In this document: one piece after another, positions 39,094 through 46,779 of the stretch
How positions within the stretch are numbered: position 1 is the stretch's first letter
Layout: each line of letters starts with the position of its first letter
Assembly (NCBI GenBank): GCA_037134695.1
Contig: JBAXLU010000003.1
Coordinates: 1-46,779, forward strand
Source: Candidatus Nomurabacteria bacterium
GTDB lineage: Bacteria; Patescibacteriota; Minisyncoccia; Phycocordibacterales; UBA5272
DNA: 46,779 nt
Direction: 5' to 3'
Made by a program: the position numbers and the translations under genes
The notes under the pieces: model-generated
What the model was told of the DNA's origin: nothing
What the model saw: the letters and a program-made list of their open reading frames with translations, nothing else
Databases searched by the model: none

Positions 39094-39158
39094 GTCATTC
39101 CAGACTTGATATGGAATCCAGGTTCTGGACACTGGATTCCTGCCTTCGCAGGAATGAC
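39094..39158. repeat. Pair of dRS3-like palindromes (GTCATTCC...GGAATCCAG family)
   Basis: gtcattccagacttgatatggaatccag and ctggattcctgccttcgcaggaatgac in inverted orientation. Confidence 0.75.
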
Positions 39159-39212
39159 AACACTTGGGTAGTTACACGGAAACTATATTATAAGGGTTTT
39201 TTTGGATTTGCG

Positions 39213-39240
39213 TATGATAATATAATATGATATTATCATA
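39213..39240 (+). promoter_or_regulatory. Putative TA operator inverted repeat
   Basis: tatgataatat-N6-atattatcata, upstream of the antitoxin gene. Confidence 0.55.
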
Positions 39241-39268
39241 TTATATTAATAAACTAATTTCAAAATTT

Positions 39269-39478
39269 ATGAGCACAATATCCGTACCACTTTCTCCACT
39301 CTTAGAAGAACAATTAAATCATTTAGTAAAATCTGGTTATGGTTCAAACAAAGCTGATGTTCTTCGTCGTGCATTAACTCGTGTCTCTGAAGACCAAGCT
39401 GTAGAAGATGTTTTACGTGCTTCAAAAGAAATAGGTTTATATGGAGACTTGAGGGAATTAGCTAAAAAGTTTAAGTAA
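39269..39478 (+). CDS. Ribbon-helix-helix antitoxin (CopG/Arc/MetJ, ParD-like)
   Basis: MSTISVPL...LVKSGYGSNKADVLRRAL; start placed at ATG 39269. Confidence 0.78.
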   Translation: MSTISVPLSPLLEEQLNHLVKSGYGSNKADVLRRALTRVSEDQAVEDVLRASKEIGLYGDLRELAKKFK

Positions 39479-39485
39479 CTTTTGT

Positions 39486-39743
39486 ATGAAAATAGGTTAT
39501 AAACCATTTTTTATTAGGCAATTTAATAAATTAGAAAAAATCTTACAAGAAGAAGTTTTAGAAAAAATTGAATTATTAAAAGATATTTCAAGTCATCAGT
39601 ATTTAAAAGTTCATAAATTGCATGGTAAATTAAATAATCAATATAGTTTTTCTGTAAATTATAATTATAGAATTGTTTTTGAATATATTACAAAATCTGA
39701 TATACAGCTTGTAGTTATTGGTGATCATAATATTTATAAATAG
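39486..39743 (+). CDS. RelE/YafQ-family toxin
   Basis: Motifs HKLHGKL, SFSVNYNYRIVF and IGDHNIY. Confidence 0.85.
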   Translation: MKIGYKPFFIRQFNKLEKILQEEVLEKIELLKDISSHQYLKVHKLHGKLNNQYSFSVNYNYRIVFEYITKSDIQLVVIGDHNIYK

Positions 39744-39784
39744 ATTCAAGGTAGTTAAGAGCAAATAAAGTAAAGAGAAAAAAT

Positions 39785-39845
39785 AGCAAAAGAGCGACCA
39801 GCTTGCCACGTGAAGCATATTTGTGGAGTGGGGGTCGCGCTTTTG
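39785..39845. repeat. Inverted-repeat element, right of the TA pair
   Basis: agcaaaagagcgacc ... ggtcgcgcttttg, nearly the same arms as 38976-39061. Confidence 0.7.
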
Positions 39846-39855
39846 TTTGTGTTTG

Positions 39856-39944
39856 TTTATCTAGGCCGGACCTAGATAAAACCTTTATTCTTTCCAAGGT
39901 CTTGCCTTGGAAAATACATTCCCCCGAGGTCAGACCTCGGGGAA
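39856..39944. repeat. Cluster of three AGG-N5-CCT REP-like hairpins
   Basis: tttatctaggccggacctagataaa; ttccaaggtcttgccttggaa; ccccgaggtcagacctcgggg. Confidence 0.75.
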
Positions 39945-40017
39945 GGGTTTTTCTGCGAGGTCTGCGTTCGTTCTGCGTAAGTCCGCGCTACTATTCTAAC
40001 TATGTTAGAATAGTAGA

Positions 40018-41670
40018 ATGAACCCCAAAGACCAAGTAAAAGAAAGTCTCTCCATAACTGATGTCGTCTCTACTTATATTCGTCTAGAAAAGTCGGGTGC
40101 TCAATTCCGCGCTCGTTGCCCATTTCATAATGAGCGCACACCGTCATTTTATGTTTCACCTGAGCGAAAATCATTTCACTGCTTCGGTTGCCAACAGCAC
40201 GGTGATATTTTTACTTTTGTAGAAAAAATTGAGAACATTCCATTTTTTGAAGCATTAAAAATTTTAGCAGACCGCGCTGGTGTCACATTAACTAATTCAC
40301 AAAAAAATAAAGAAGATACCAGACTCATAACTTTATTAAAAGATTCAACTGATCACTTTGAAAAAACTTTAAAGAAATCACCAGAAGGGTTGCATTATTT
40401 ACTTGAGCGTGGATTAACAGAAGAAACAATAAATACTTTTCATATTGGTTATGCGAAAAATGAATGGCGCGATTTATTTATAACACTTGCCGCACTTGGT
40501 TATCAACCAGAAGAAATTGAAGATTCTGGTCTTGCGATAAAGGCGACAGATGATAGTGGAAAAACAAAAGGTTGGTACGATCGTTTTCGTGGACGCATTA
40601 TGTTTCCAATTCGAAATGTTTCTGGTGCGACAGTTGGATATTCTGGACGTATTTTGCCGTCTCTTGTTGACCCATCAGTTGCACAGGGGAAATATGTAAA
40701 CACTCCAGAGACAGCCCTTTATCATAAATCAAAAATACTTTTTGGTTATGACACTGCAAAAAAGAAAATGGCTGAGGTTAAATCTGTTGTTGTGGTAGAA
40801 GGACAAATGGATTTGTGTATGTCATATCAAGCCGGCGTACATAATACAGTCGCAGTTTCAGGAACTGCTTTTACAGATGAACATATTCATATTATTAAAC
40901 GCTTTTGTGACACTGTGATACTTTCATTCGACACTGATTCAGCTGGACAAAATGCACTTAAAAAAACTGCGTTACTTTGTTTATTAGGTGGACTCGATGT
41001 TTATGTAGTGGATGACTTTCCTTCAACCGCTGGCTCTGTGGGCACCAAAGACCCAGCAGATTTAATTAAAGAAAGTCCCAAGGCTTGGCTTGATGCCGTA
41101 GAGAAAAAACGTCACGTTGTAGAAGTTATGCTTTCACACATAATAAGAGACGAAACAGATGACAGAAAGCGTGGACAAAGAATTGTTGCTGAAGTTTTAC
41201 CATTTATTAGAGCAATTCAGTCCCCAATAGATAGAGCCCATTTTATAAAAGTTATTTCTGGCAAGACTCATATTCCTGAGAGTACTTTAACTGAAGAATT
41301 AAATCGCGGAGTAGTTGCAACTATTGAGGAAACAAAAACAGAAATTATTAATTTGCCGAGCAAGGAGCGTCTTACTCGCGAGATAATTGCATTTTCTACT
41401 TTATCTAATAAATTAACAGATGAAAGTTTAAAATCATTGTCATTAGATTTAAATCAATTTCCAGAGGCGATACTTCAAGAAGAAATGTTTAAATTAGAAG
41501 AAAAAGTAATAGGGGATAAAGATAAATATTTTAATGATTTGATTGCTACTTATAAAAAGTTGATACATAAAGAGGAAATGATGACATTGCAGAAAAAATT
41601 AAATGAAGAAGGTGCTGACCATGAAGCGGTAATGAAAGAAATAAATGATCACGCTAGGAAAGGATTCTAG
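40018..41670 (+). CDS. dnaG: DNA primase
   Basis: CHC2 zinc finger CPFH...CFGC, DRFRGRIMFPI, KYVNTPET, and TOPRIM motifs VEGQMD and FDTDSAG. Confidence 0.96.
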   Translation: MNPKDQVKESLSITDVVSTYIRLEKSGAQFRARCPFHNERTPSFYVSPERKSFHCFGCQQHGDIFTFVEKIENIPFFEALKILADRAGVTLTNSQKNKEDTRLITLLKDSTDHFEKTLKKSPEGLHYLLERGLTEETINTFHIGYAKNEWRDLFITLAALGYQPEEIEDSGLAIKATDDSGKTKGWYDRFRGRIMFPIRNVSGATVGYSGRILPSLVDPSVAQGKYVNTPETALYHKSKILFGYDTAKKKMAEVKSVVVVEGQMDLCMSYQAGVHNTVAVSGTAFTDEHIHIIKRFCDTVILSFDTDSAGQNALKKTALLCLLGGLDVYVVDDFPSTAGSVGTKDPADLIKESPKAWLDAVEKKRHVVEVMLSHIIRDETDDRKRGQRIVAEVLPFIRAIQSPIDRAHFIKVISGKTHIPESTLTEELNRGVVATIEETKTEIINLPSKERLTREIIAFSTLSNKLTDESLKSLSLDLNQFPEAILQEEMFKLEEKVIGDKDKYFNDLIATYKKLIHKEEMMTLQKKLNEEGADHEAVMKEINDHARKGF

Positions 41671-41673
41671 ATA

Positions 41674-41702
41674 TTGACATACAAGTTATTTATATGTAGA
41701 AT
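41674..41702 (+). promoter_or_regulatory. sigma70 promoter of the orphan gene
   Basis: TTGACA-17 nt-TAGAAT. Confidence 0.7.
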
Positions 41703-41762
41703 AAAGACAGATAAAGGCTGTTTAAGGGGTAATTCTACTCTACAGTTCTTGAAGAGGATTTT

Positions 41763-42014
41763 ATGGACGGTAAACTAGCTTGGTTGGTGCACTGCACTTA
41801 CCTAAATGCAGTCGGTCGCCATTGTTCTTTGGCGACAGTCATCCCGGCGGACTCTAAGGAAGAAGCTACTTATGCTTTTAAAAAAGATTTTCTGTTGGCA
41901 TCTCCCAAATCCCATATTCTGGAAATGGCTAAACCCTCTCAGATTCCCGGAGTTCAGATGACGATAGAGGCGCTTGACCAAGAACAGTTCTGTGTGTCCA
42001 ACATCGTTGGTTAA
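41763..42014 (+). CDS. Orphan protein, SD-led, between dnaG and rpoD
   Basis: GAGGA before the ATG; has its own promoter and terminator. Confidence 0.6.
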   Translation: MDGKLAWLVHCTYLNAVGRHCSLATVIPADSKEEATYAFKKDFLLASPKSHILEMAKPSQIPGVQMTIEALDQEQFCVSNIVG

Positions 42015-42039
42015 TGTGCTTACATCACTTAACCTCAAA

Positions 42040-42067
42040 CCCCCGGCATTTGTCGGGGCCTTTTTTT
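42040..42067 (+). terminator. Intrinsic terminator
   Basis: ccccggca-tt-tgtcgggg followed by a T tract. Confidence 0.7.
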
Positions 42068-42130
42068 ATTATGTGGAAAAAGTCTATAGACTTTTCTCTG
42101 TTTGTATAGTATAATCCGCCTTACGTTACT

Positions 42131-43600
42131 ATGGTGAAAAAAGTATCTTCAAAAAAGAAAAGTGTACAGAAAAAAACTGCGGTAAAACCAGCAGCAAAAA
42201 AAGCTCAAGCAAAAAAGGTTGCCAACAAGTCGAGTTTACGTCCAAGACGTGAACTTGCTAGTTCACCCGTCAAAAAGACTTCTGTAAAGAATAAATTAAA
42301 GAAGAATTCAAAAAAGACCATCTCTAAAAAGCCGGTTAAAAAAATAACAAAGGCTGTTCCTAATAAAAAAGTTTCCAAGAAAGCAATAAAAAAAGTTGTG
42401 GCAAAAAAAGCACCTAAAGTTGTTGCTAAAAAATCTCAAAAGAAAGCAGTTGTAAAAACAGAGACAAAGCCAAAATATAAACCAAAGGCATTTACAATAA
42501 AAACTGGACCATCAAAACCAAAGATAGAGGTTAAAACAAAAAAAGTTTTGACACGTGATCAGAATGAAGAAGAACTTTTAACAAAAGGAAAAGAAAGAGG
42601 ATTCATTACCTATGATGAAATTATTCGTTATTTCCCTACGATTGAAACAGATATTTTATATCTAGAAGAGTTGTATGAAAAAATGTCAGCAGTAGGAATC
42701 GATGTACTAGAAGGAGGGAATCTTCTTGATATGGATGAGGGATTAAAATTAGCAGGAAGTGAAAATACTCATGACAGTATTCAAATGTATCTTCGTGAAA
42801 TTGGTCAATATCCTCTAATTGCAGGAGATGAAGAAAGATCTTTAGCTCAGCGCATAGAAAAAGGTGATTTAGAAGCGGCATCATTACTTGCAAAGGCAAA
42901 CCTTCGTCTTGTTGTTTCTATTGCTAAAAAGTATGTTGGAAGATCATCTGATTTAACATTGCTTGATCTTATTCAAGAAGGAAATCTTGGTTTGTTTAAG
43001 GCTGTAGAAAAATTTGATTGGAATAAAGGATTCAAGTTTTCAACTTATGCGACATGGTGGATTCGTCAGGCTATTACTCGTGCGCTAGCTGATCAGTCTC
43101 GTACAATTCGTATTCCTGTGCACATGGTGGAAACAATTGCAAAATATAAACAAGTTGTACGTCGTCTATCTCAGGACTTGGGACGTGATCCATTAGCTGA
43201 GGAAATTGCTGTTGAAATGGGAGTAGATGTTGAGAAAATTCACATAATTGAAAATATAAATCAAGATACTGTTTCTCTTGAAAAGCCGATTGGAGATGAT
43301 GATGACAAATCAACTCTCGGTGAGTTTATTGCTGATGATAAAATTTTATCCCCAGACGCTGAGGCGTCACACAGAATTCTTTCAGATCAGATTAATGAAA
43401 TATTAAATGACCTTTCACCAAAAGAAAGAAAGATTGTAGAAATGCGAAATGGGTTAGGGGAATTTGATGGTGTAATGCATACCCTTGAAGAAGTAGGAGC
43501 AGAGTTCGGAGTTACTCGCGAACGTATTAGACAAATTGAAGCGAAAGTTCATGAAAAGATAAGAAGTCATGAGAAGTCTGAACGTTTACGTAATTACTAG
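42131..43600 (+). CDS. rpoD: Primary sigma factor with a Lys-rich N-terminal extension
   Basis: Motifs MYLREIG, ANLRLVVSIAKKY, DLIQEGNLGL, FSTYATWWIRQAITRA and VTRERIRQIE; downstream of dnaG. Confidence 0.96.
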   Translation: MVKKVSSKKKSVQKKTAVKPAAKKAQAKKVANKSSLRPRRELASSPVKKTSVKNKLKKNSKKTISKKPVKKITKAVPNKKVSKKAIKKVVAKKAPKVVAKKSQKKAVVKTETKPKYKPKAFTIKTGPSKPKIEVKTKKVLTRDQNEEELLTKGKERGFITYDEIIRYFPTIETDILYLEELYEKMSAVGIDVLEGGNLLDMDEGLKLAGSENTHDSIQMYLREIGQYPLIAGDEERSLAQRIEKGDLEAASLLAKANLRLVVSIAKKYVGRSSDLTLLDLIQEGNLGLFKAVEKFDWNKGFKFSTYATWWIRQAITRALADQSRTIRIPVHMVETIAKYKQVVRRLSQDLGRDPLAEEIAVEMGVDVEKIHIIENINQDTVSLEKPIGDDDDKSTLGEFIADDKILSPDAEASHRILSDQINEILNDLSPKERKIVEMRNGLGEFDGVMHTLEEVGAEFGVTRERIRQIEAKVHEKIRSHEKSERLRNY

Positions 43601-43727
43601 AACAGAATCAATTATCTAACCCCATCTACTTTGTTACGGAGCCTCTCTCGCTCGTCTACGTACTACCTCGTACGTCTCCTCGCTCGCTTCTCCGTGCCTC
43701 GTATCTGGGGCCATATAATTGATTGTT
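43601..43727. repeat. Stop-adjacent structured repeat, copy 9 (after rpoD)
   Basis: aatcaattat/ataattgatt; catctactttgtt; acggag/ctccgt; core acgtac-tacctc-gtacgt; gcctcgtatctg. Confidence 0.85.
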
Positions 43728-43860
43728 ATGCGTTTGAGTTTTTGTTTTTACGAAGGTCTTGCCTTCGTAAAAACTTTGTCTCATGCTCGGCTCGCCAGCC
43801 TGCGCAAGTCACTTCTCACGAAGTTTGAATTATTCATTTTCATGAGGAGTGGGAGGAGTG

Positions 43861-43907
43861 GAAAATACAAAAGAGTGGCCGCTTCGCGGCCACTCTTTTG
43901 TATTTTC
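43861..43907. terminator. Hairpin between convergent genes
   Basis: gaaaatacaaaagagtggccgc-ttc-gcggccactcttttgtattttc, a perfect 22-bp stem. Confidence 0.7.
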
Positions 43908-43924
43908 TTGAAATTCGAAACTAT

Positions 43925-44506
43925 CTAGTACCCATAGTTATATCCATAATTATTATTGTAACTGTTTCCATAATTATAGTTATAGCCATTATTATAATTA
44001 TTTCCGTAATTATAATTATATCCATTATTATAACTTCCATAATTAGAACCATTACTTGTCCAAGTATTTGTTGGATACCATAGTCCATTATTATATGAGT
44101 AAGTATAATATTGTGATGTTGGCTGTGTGTTATATCCTGTTTGATAATTATATGAATATGTACTTGGTGCTACATAAGAATAATTATTCGCTGGATAAGT
44201 GTAAGAATAATTATTGCTTGGATATGTATAGGAATAATTATTAGTTGGTTGTGTATATGAATAATTTGTACTTGGATAATTATAAGAATAATTATTATTT
44301 GTCGTACAAGTTGATCCAATCAAAGAAGTTATTTGTGTATATGCATCATATTGGTATGTGTAACATCCTTGTGTATATGTATAAGAATTTGATCTTGGAG
44401 CGTTTTGATAAGTATTGTAATAAGGTGTGTAATAAGCAGAAGCAAACAATGAACCACTTATGAATAAACTACTTACAAATGCAATTGTTGTTAATGTCTT
44501 TTTCAT
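43925..44506 (-). CDS. Secreted Tyr/Asn/Ser/Thr-rich repeat protein
   Basis: Signal peptide; NNYSYTYP-type repeats; NNGYNYNYG repeats. Confidence 0.75.
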   Translation of the reverse strand: MKKTLTTIAFVSSLFISGSLFASAYYTPYYNTYQNAPRSNSYTYTQGCYTYQYDAYTQITSLIGSTCTTNNNYSYNYPSTNYSYTQPTNNYSYTYPSNNYSYTYPANNYSYVAPSTYSYNYQTGYNTQPTSQYYTYSYNNGLWYPTNTWTSNGSNYGSYNNGYNYNYGNNYNNGYNYNYGNSYNNNYGYNYGY

Positions 44507-44748
44507 ATATTAATTATATTCTCCCTACAGAACTTCGCAAATAGACAAAATAAATTTTCGTGTCAATATTTTTGGGAGTTTACAGCTTACAGTTTACAGA
44601 AAATACGAAATACGGGTGTTAGAAGTTATGAGTTGAAATACATAATTGGCAAGGCAAGGCCTTGCCAAAACCTTATTAAAATAAAAAATTACCCGCCTCA
44701 GACTAATGAAAGTCCGAAGCGGGCAGGGATTGTGGCTGGCGCACCAGC

Positions 44749-44892
44749 TTAAAAGCTGACGATTGCAATTGTCAGCAATCTATTGGCCGAAGCAAGAATG
44801 CTAAGGCTGAGTGCGCTGGCGACCAAGATTCGCCAGCCTAAAAGGGCTGGGTCATTGAGATCCTTGCGGACCTCTGCGAGGTAGTTCTTCAT
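44749..44892 (-). CDS. 47-aa hydrophobic orphan peptide (not in the ORF track)
   Basis: MKNYLAEVRKDLNDPALLGWRILVASALSLSILASANRLLTIAIVSF*. Has an AAGGAG SD, a consensus promoter, and a hairpin with a T-rich tail downstream (~44683-44723). Confidence 0.65.
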   Translation of the reverse strand: MKNYLAEVRKDLNDPALLGWRILVASALSLSILASANRLLTIAIVSF

Positions 44893-44918
44893 TTTCAGAT
44901 CTCCTTGTACAAAGTTAT

Positions 44919-44947
44919 ATTATATAATTTATTATTACTTATGTCAA
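44919..44947 (-). promoter_or_regulatory. Consensus sigma70 promoter of the small orphan
   Basis: TTGACA-17 nt-TATAAT on the minus strand. Confidence 0.75.
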
Positions 44948-44954
44948 TAGTAAC

Positions 44955-44983
44955 TTGCAAAAGTCCTTTAAATATGGTATTAT
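44955..44983 (+). promoter_or_regulatory. obg promoter
   Basis: TTGCAA-17 nt-TATTAT, with an extended TG. Confidence 0.6.
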
Positions 44984-44987
44984 TTTA

Positions 44988-45075
44988 GTTCATAAAGTTA
45001 CAAGTTCATAAAGTTTATAAAGTAGATACAAATACATTTACTTTCAACTTTATTAACTTTACAAACTTTTAACTA
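44988..45075. repeat. Inverted pair of 8-9-mer arrays in the obg leader
   Basis: gttcataaagttacaagttcataaagtttataaagt-agatacaaatacattt-actttcaactttattaactttacaaacttt. Confidence 0.75.
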
Positions 45076-45081
45076 ACTATC

Positions 45082-46056
45082 ATGTTAATCGACAATGTAA
45101 CCCTAAAAGTAAAAGCTGGAGCTGGTGGAACTGGCGTTGTTCGTTGGCGCCGTGAAAAAGGTATTCCTTACGGAGGACCAGCTGGTGGAGATGGAGGAAA
45201 AGGTGGAGATGTTTATTTCCGCGTTATTCGTGATATCCAAGCACTCTCTGTTTATAAACATAAAAAAGAATGGGACGCGAAAGAAGGAGAAGCCGGACAG
45301 AAGCGTAGTATGCACGGAGGAAATGCCGAGGACTTGTACTTGCAAGTTCCACTTGGTGCTGTTATTTATAATCGTGAATATGACAAAACTTATGAATGTT
45401 TAGAAGAAGGTGACTTTGTTGTTCTTCGTGGTGGAAAAGGCGGACTTGGAAATGAACAATTTAAAACTGCGACAAATCGCGCACCAGAAGAATTTACAAA
45501 AGGAGAACGTGGAGAATTTGCTACTTTTGATATTGAATTAAAATTAATCGCTGATGTCGGTCTTATTGGTTTACCTAATGCAGGGAAGTCATCTCTTTTA
45601 AATGCATTAACTAGAGCAGGTGCTAAAATCGGTGACTATCCTTTCACAACTCTTGAGCCAAACTTGGGAGCATATTTTAGTTATGTGCTTGCAGATATTC
45701 CAGGACTTATTGAAGGAGCGAGTGAAGGAAAAGGATTGGGACATAAATTCCTTCGTCACATTACACGTACAAGAGTACTCGTACATTTAGTTTCTGCAGA
45801 AAATGAAGAAGTTGGAAAAGTTTATAAAACTATTCGTGAGGAACTTGGAAAATATGATGCAGAACTTTTAAAGCGTGAAGAAATTATTGTGCTTTCAAAA
45901 ATAGATACAGTAGATGAAAAAGAAATAAAAGCAAAAGTAAAAGAATTAGAAAAAGCTTCAAAAAATAAAAATATAGTTACATTATCTCTTTATGAAGACA
46001 AGACAGTGAAGGAGTTTGGGGACGGGTTAGTACAGCTCTTAGCTGGTAGCCTGTAG
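45082..46056 (+). CDS. obgE: GTPase ObgE/CgtA (no long C-terminal domain)
   Basis: Gly-rich Obg fold (GGPAGGDGGKGG), GLPNAGKSS, YPFTTL and DIPGLIEGA. Confidence 0.96.
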   Translation: MLIDNVTLKVKAGAGGTGVVRWRREKGIPYGGPAGGDGGKGGDVYFRVIRDIQALSVYKHKKEWDAKEGEAGQKRSMHGGNAEDLYLQVPLGAVIYNREYDKTYECLEEGDFVVLRGGKGGLGNEQFKTATNRAPEEFTKGERGEFATFDIELKLIADVGLIGLPNAGKSSLLNALTRAGAKIGDYPFTTLEPNLGAYFSYVLADIPGLIEGASEGKGLGHKFLRHITRTRVLVHLVSAENEEVGKVYKTIREELGKYDAELLKREEIIVLSKIDTVDEKEIKAKVKELEKASKNKNIVTLSLYEDKTVKEFGDGLVQLLAGSL

Positions 46057-46077
46057 TCTGTAGCTTTAATACAAATA

Positions 46078-46110
46078 CTAAATGACGGCCACAAAGTGGC
46101 CGTCATTTAG
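46078..46110. terminator. Hairpin between convergent genes
   Basis: ctaaatgacggccac-aaa-gtggccgtcatttag. Confidence 0.65.
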
Positions 46111-46194
46111 CTACATTCTACAAGCTAAAGGCTACAAGCTTTATCTATTTTGTTTAAAAAATAAAAATATTCCCTCTAACTCTCGTCTAATTTA

Positions 46195-46779
46195 TTATTT
46201 TAATAATAAATTTACTCCATTTCCTGGTGTAAATAACCCTAAATGTTTTATGCTTAAACCCATACAAAGGGAAAGGGTATAGGCAACAGAATTTGAATTT
46301 TCAGTATCACCACTCATATTTACTCCAAATGGTGGATAAGGTATATTTTTTGAGTTTATAGGATCCTTACAAGAAACTGCCTTTTTCCAAAGTTCAATAA
46401 TTCCATCTTGTTGTCCTTCATTTAAAATAATTCCAGGGAAACTTTTTTCCGCTAAATAATAAGTTGGTTTATTAAATTCCCAAACTTTTAATTTATCATT
46501 TGGGTTATTTCCAATGTATTTCCATTGTCCGGTTGTCGTGTCAGTTGCTAGGCCGTGTAATTCTGAAATCACATTTCCTTTTGCGTCTCTTAACACTAAA
46601 TAGTTATGACCAGCTAGCCCTAGAAGTAATGGGTGTTGCATTAATTGTATGCTCCAATTTAACGGCTGTGGTTTAGGTATTGGATGAGTAATTGGATTAT
46701 TTACTAAGAAATAAAGTATTGTAATAAATACAATACTTAATATTAAATCTTTTATGAATCGCGGAGTGAAGAGTTTCAT
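46195..46779 (-). CDS. Hypothetical membrane-anchored protein; start is at the window edge
   Basis: 194-aa ORF with an N-terminal TM helix and GHNYLV and NSNS motifs; family not recognised. Confidence 0.65.
   Translation of the reverse strand: MKLFTPRFIKDLILSIVFITILYFLVNNPITHPIPKPQPLNWSIQLMQHPLLLGLAGHNYLVLRDAKGNVISELHGLATDTTTGQWKYIGNNPNDKLKVWEFNKPTYYLAEKSFPGIILNEGQQDGIIELWKKAVSCKDPINSKNIPYPPFGVNMSGDTENSNSVAYTLSLCMGLSIKHLGLFTPGNGVNLLLK

Noticed and set aside
39803-40021. 72-aa ORF upstream of dnaG
   Set aside because: It is composed of REP-like hairpins and has no protein-like features.
41016-41046. Possible palindromic insert in dnaG (FPSTAGSVGT)
   Set aside because: The peptide loosely resembles the gap insert, but the DNA symmetry is too degenerate to support the call.
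43631-43928. Two short + strand ORFs after rpoD
   Set aside because: They overlap repeat copy 9 and terminator hairpins.

Overview
Low-GC bacterial chromosome segment whose gene content and style point to Patescibacteria/CPR, probably Parcubacteria (inference). It has alpha2-type GlyRS, compact RpoB/RpoC, a secretin-less type IV pilus cluster with ComF, and almost no Shine-Dalgarno sites on core genes. Core genes are glyS (partial), rpmG (missed by the ORF track), gap, rpiB, comF, pilM/N/O/B/T/C/pilins/pilD, ligA, gatCA, prmC, a DEAD-box helicase, rpoBC, dnaG, rpoD and obg. There are also four tRNAs and two toxin-antitoxin pairs. The most striking non-genic signal is a free-standing ~100-nt copy of the 23S rRNA L1 stalk (H76-H77-H78) with its own putative promoter, 7 nt upstream of tRNA-Trp. 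Intergenic DNA is also organised into several repeat families. (i) A nine-copy covarying hairpin element sits on stop codons, and its outer stem often pairs with the adjacent gene end. (ii) 7-11-mer arrays and hairpins are bounded by AATAC/GTATT and also occur in frame inside core genes. (iii) A tRNA-Asp 3'-end duplication element. (iv) Four SD-led orphan cassettes contrast with the leaderless core genes. All calls come from reading the sequence by eye; no searches or folding programs were run.
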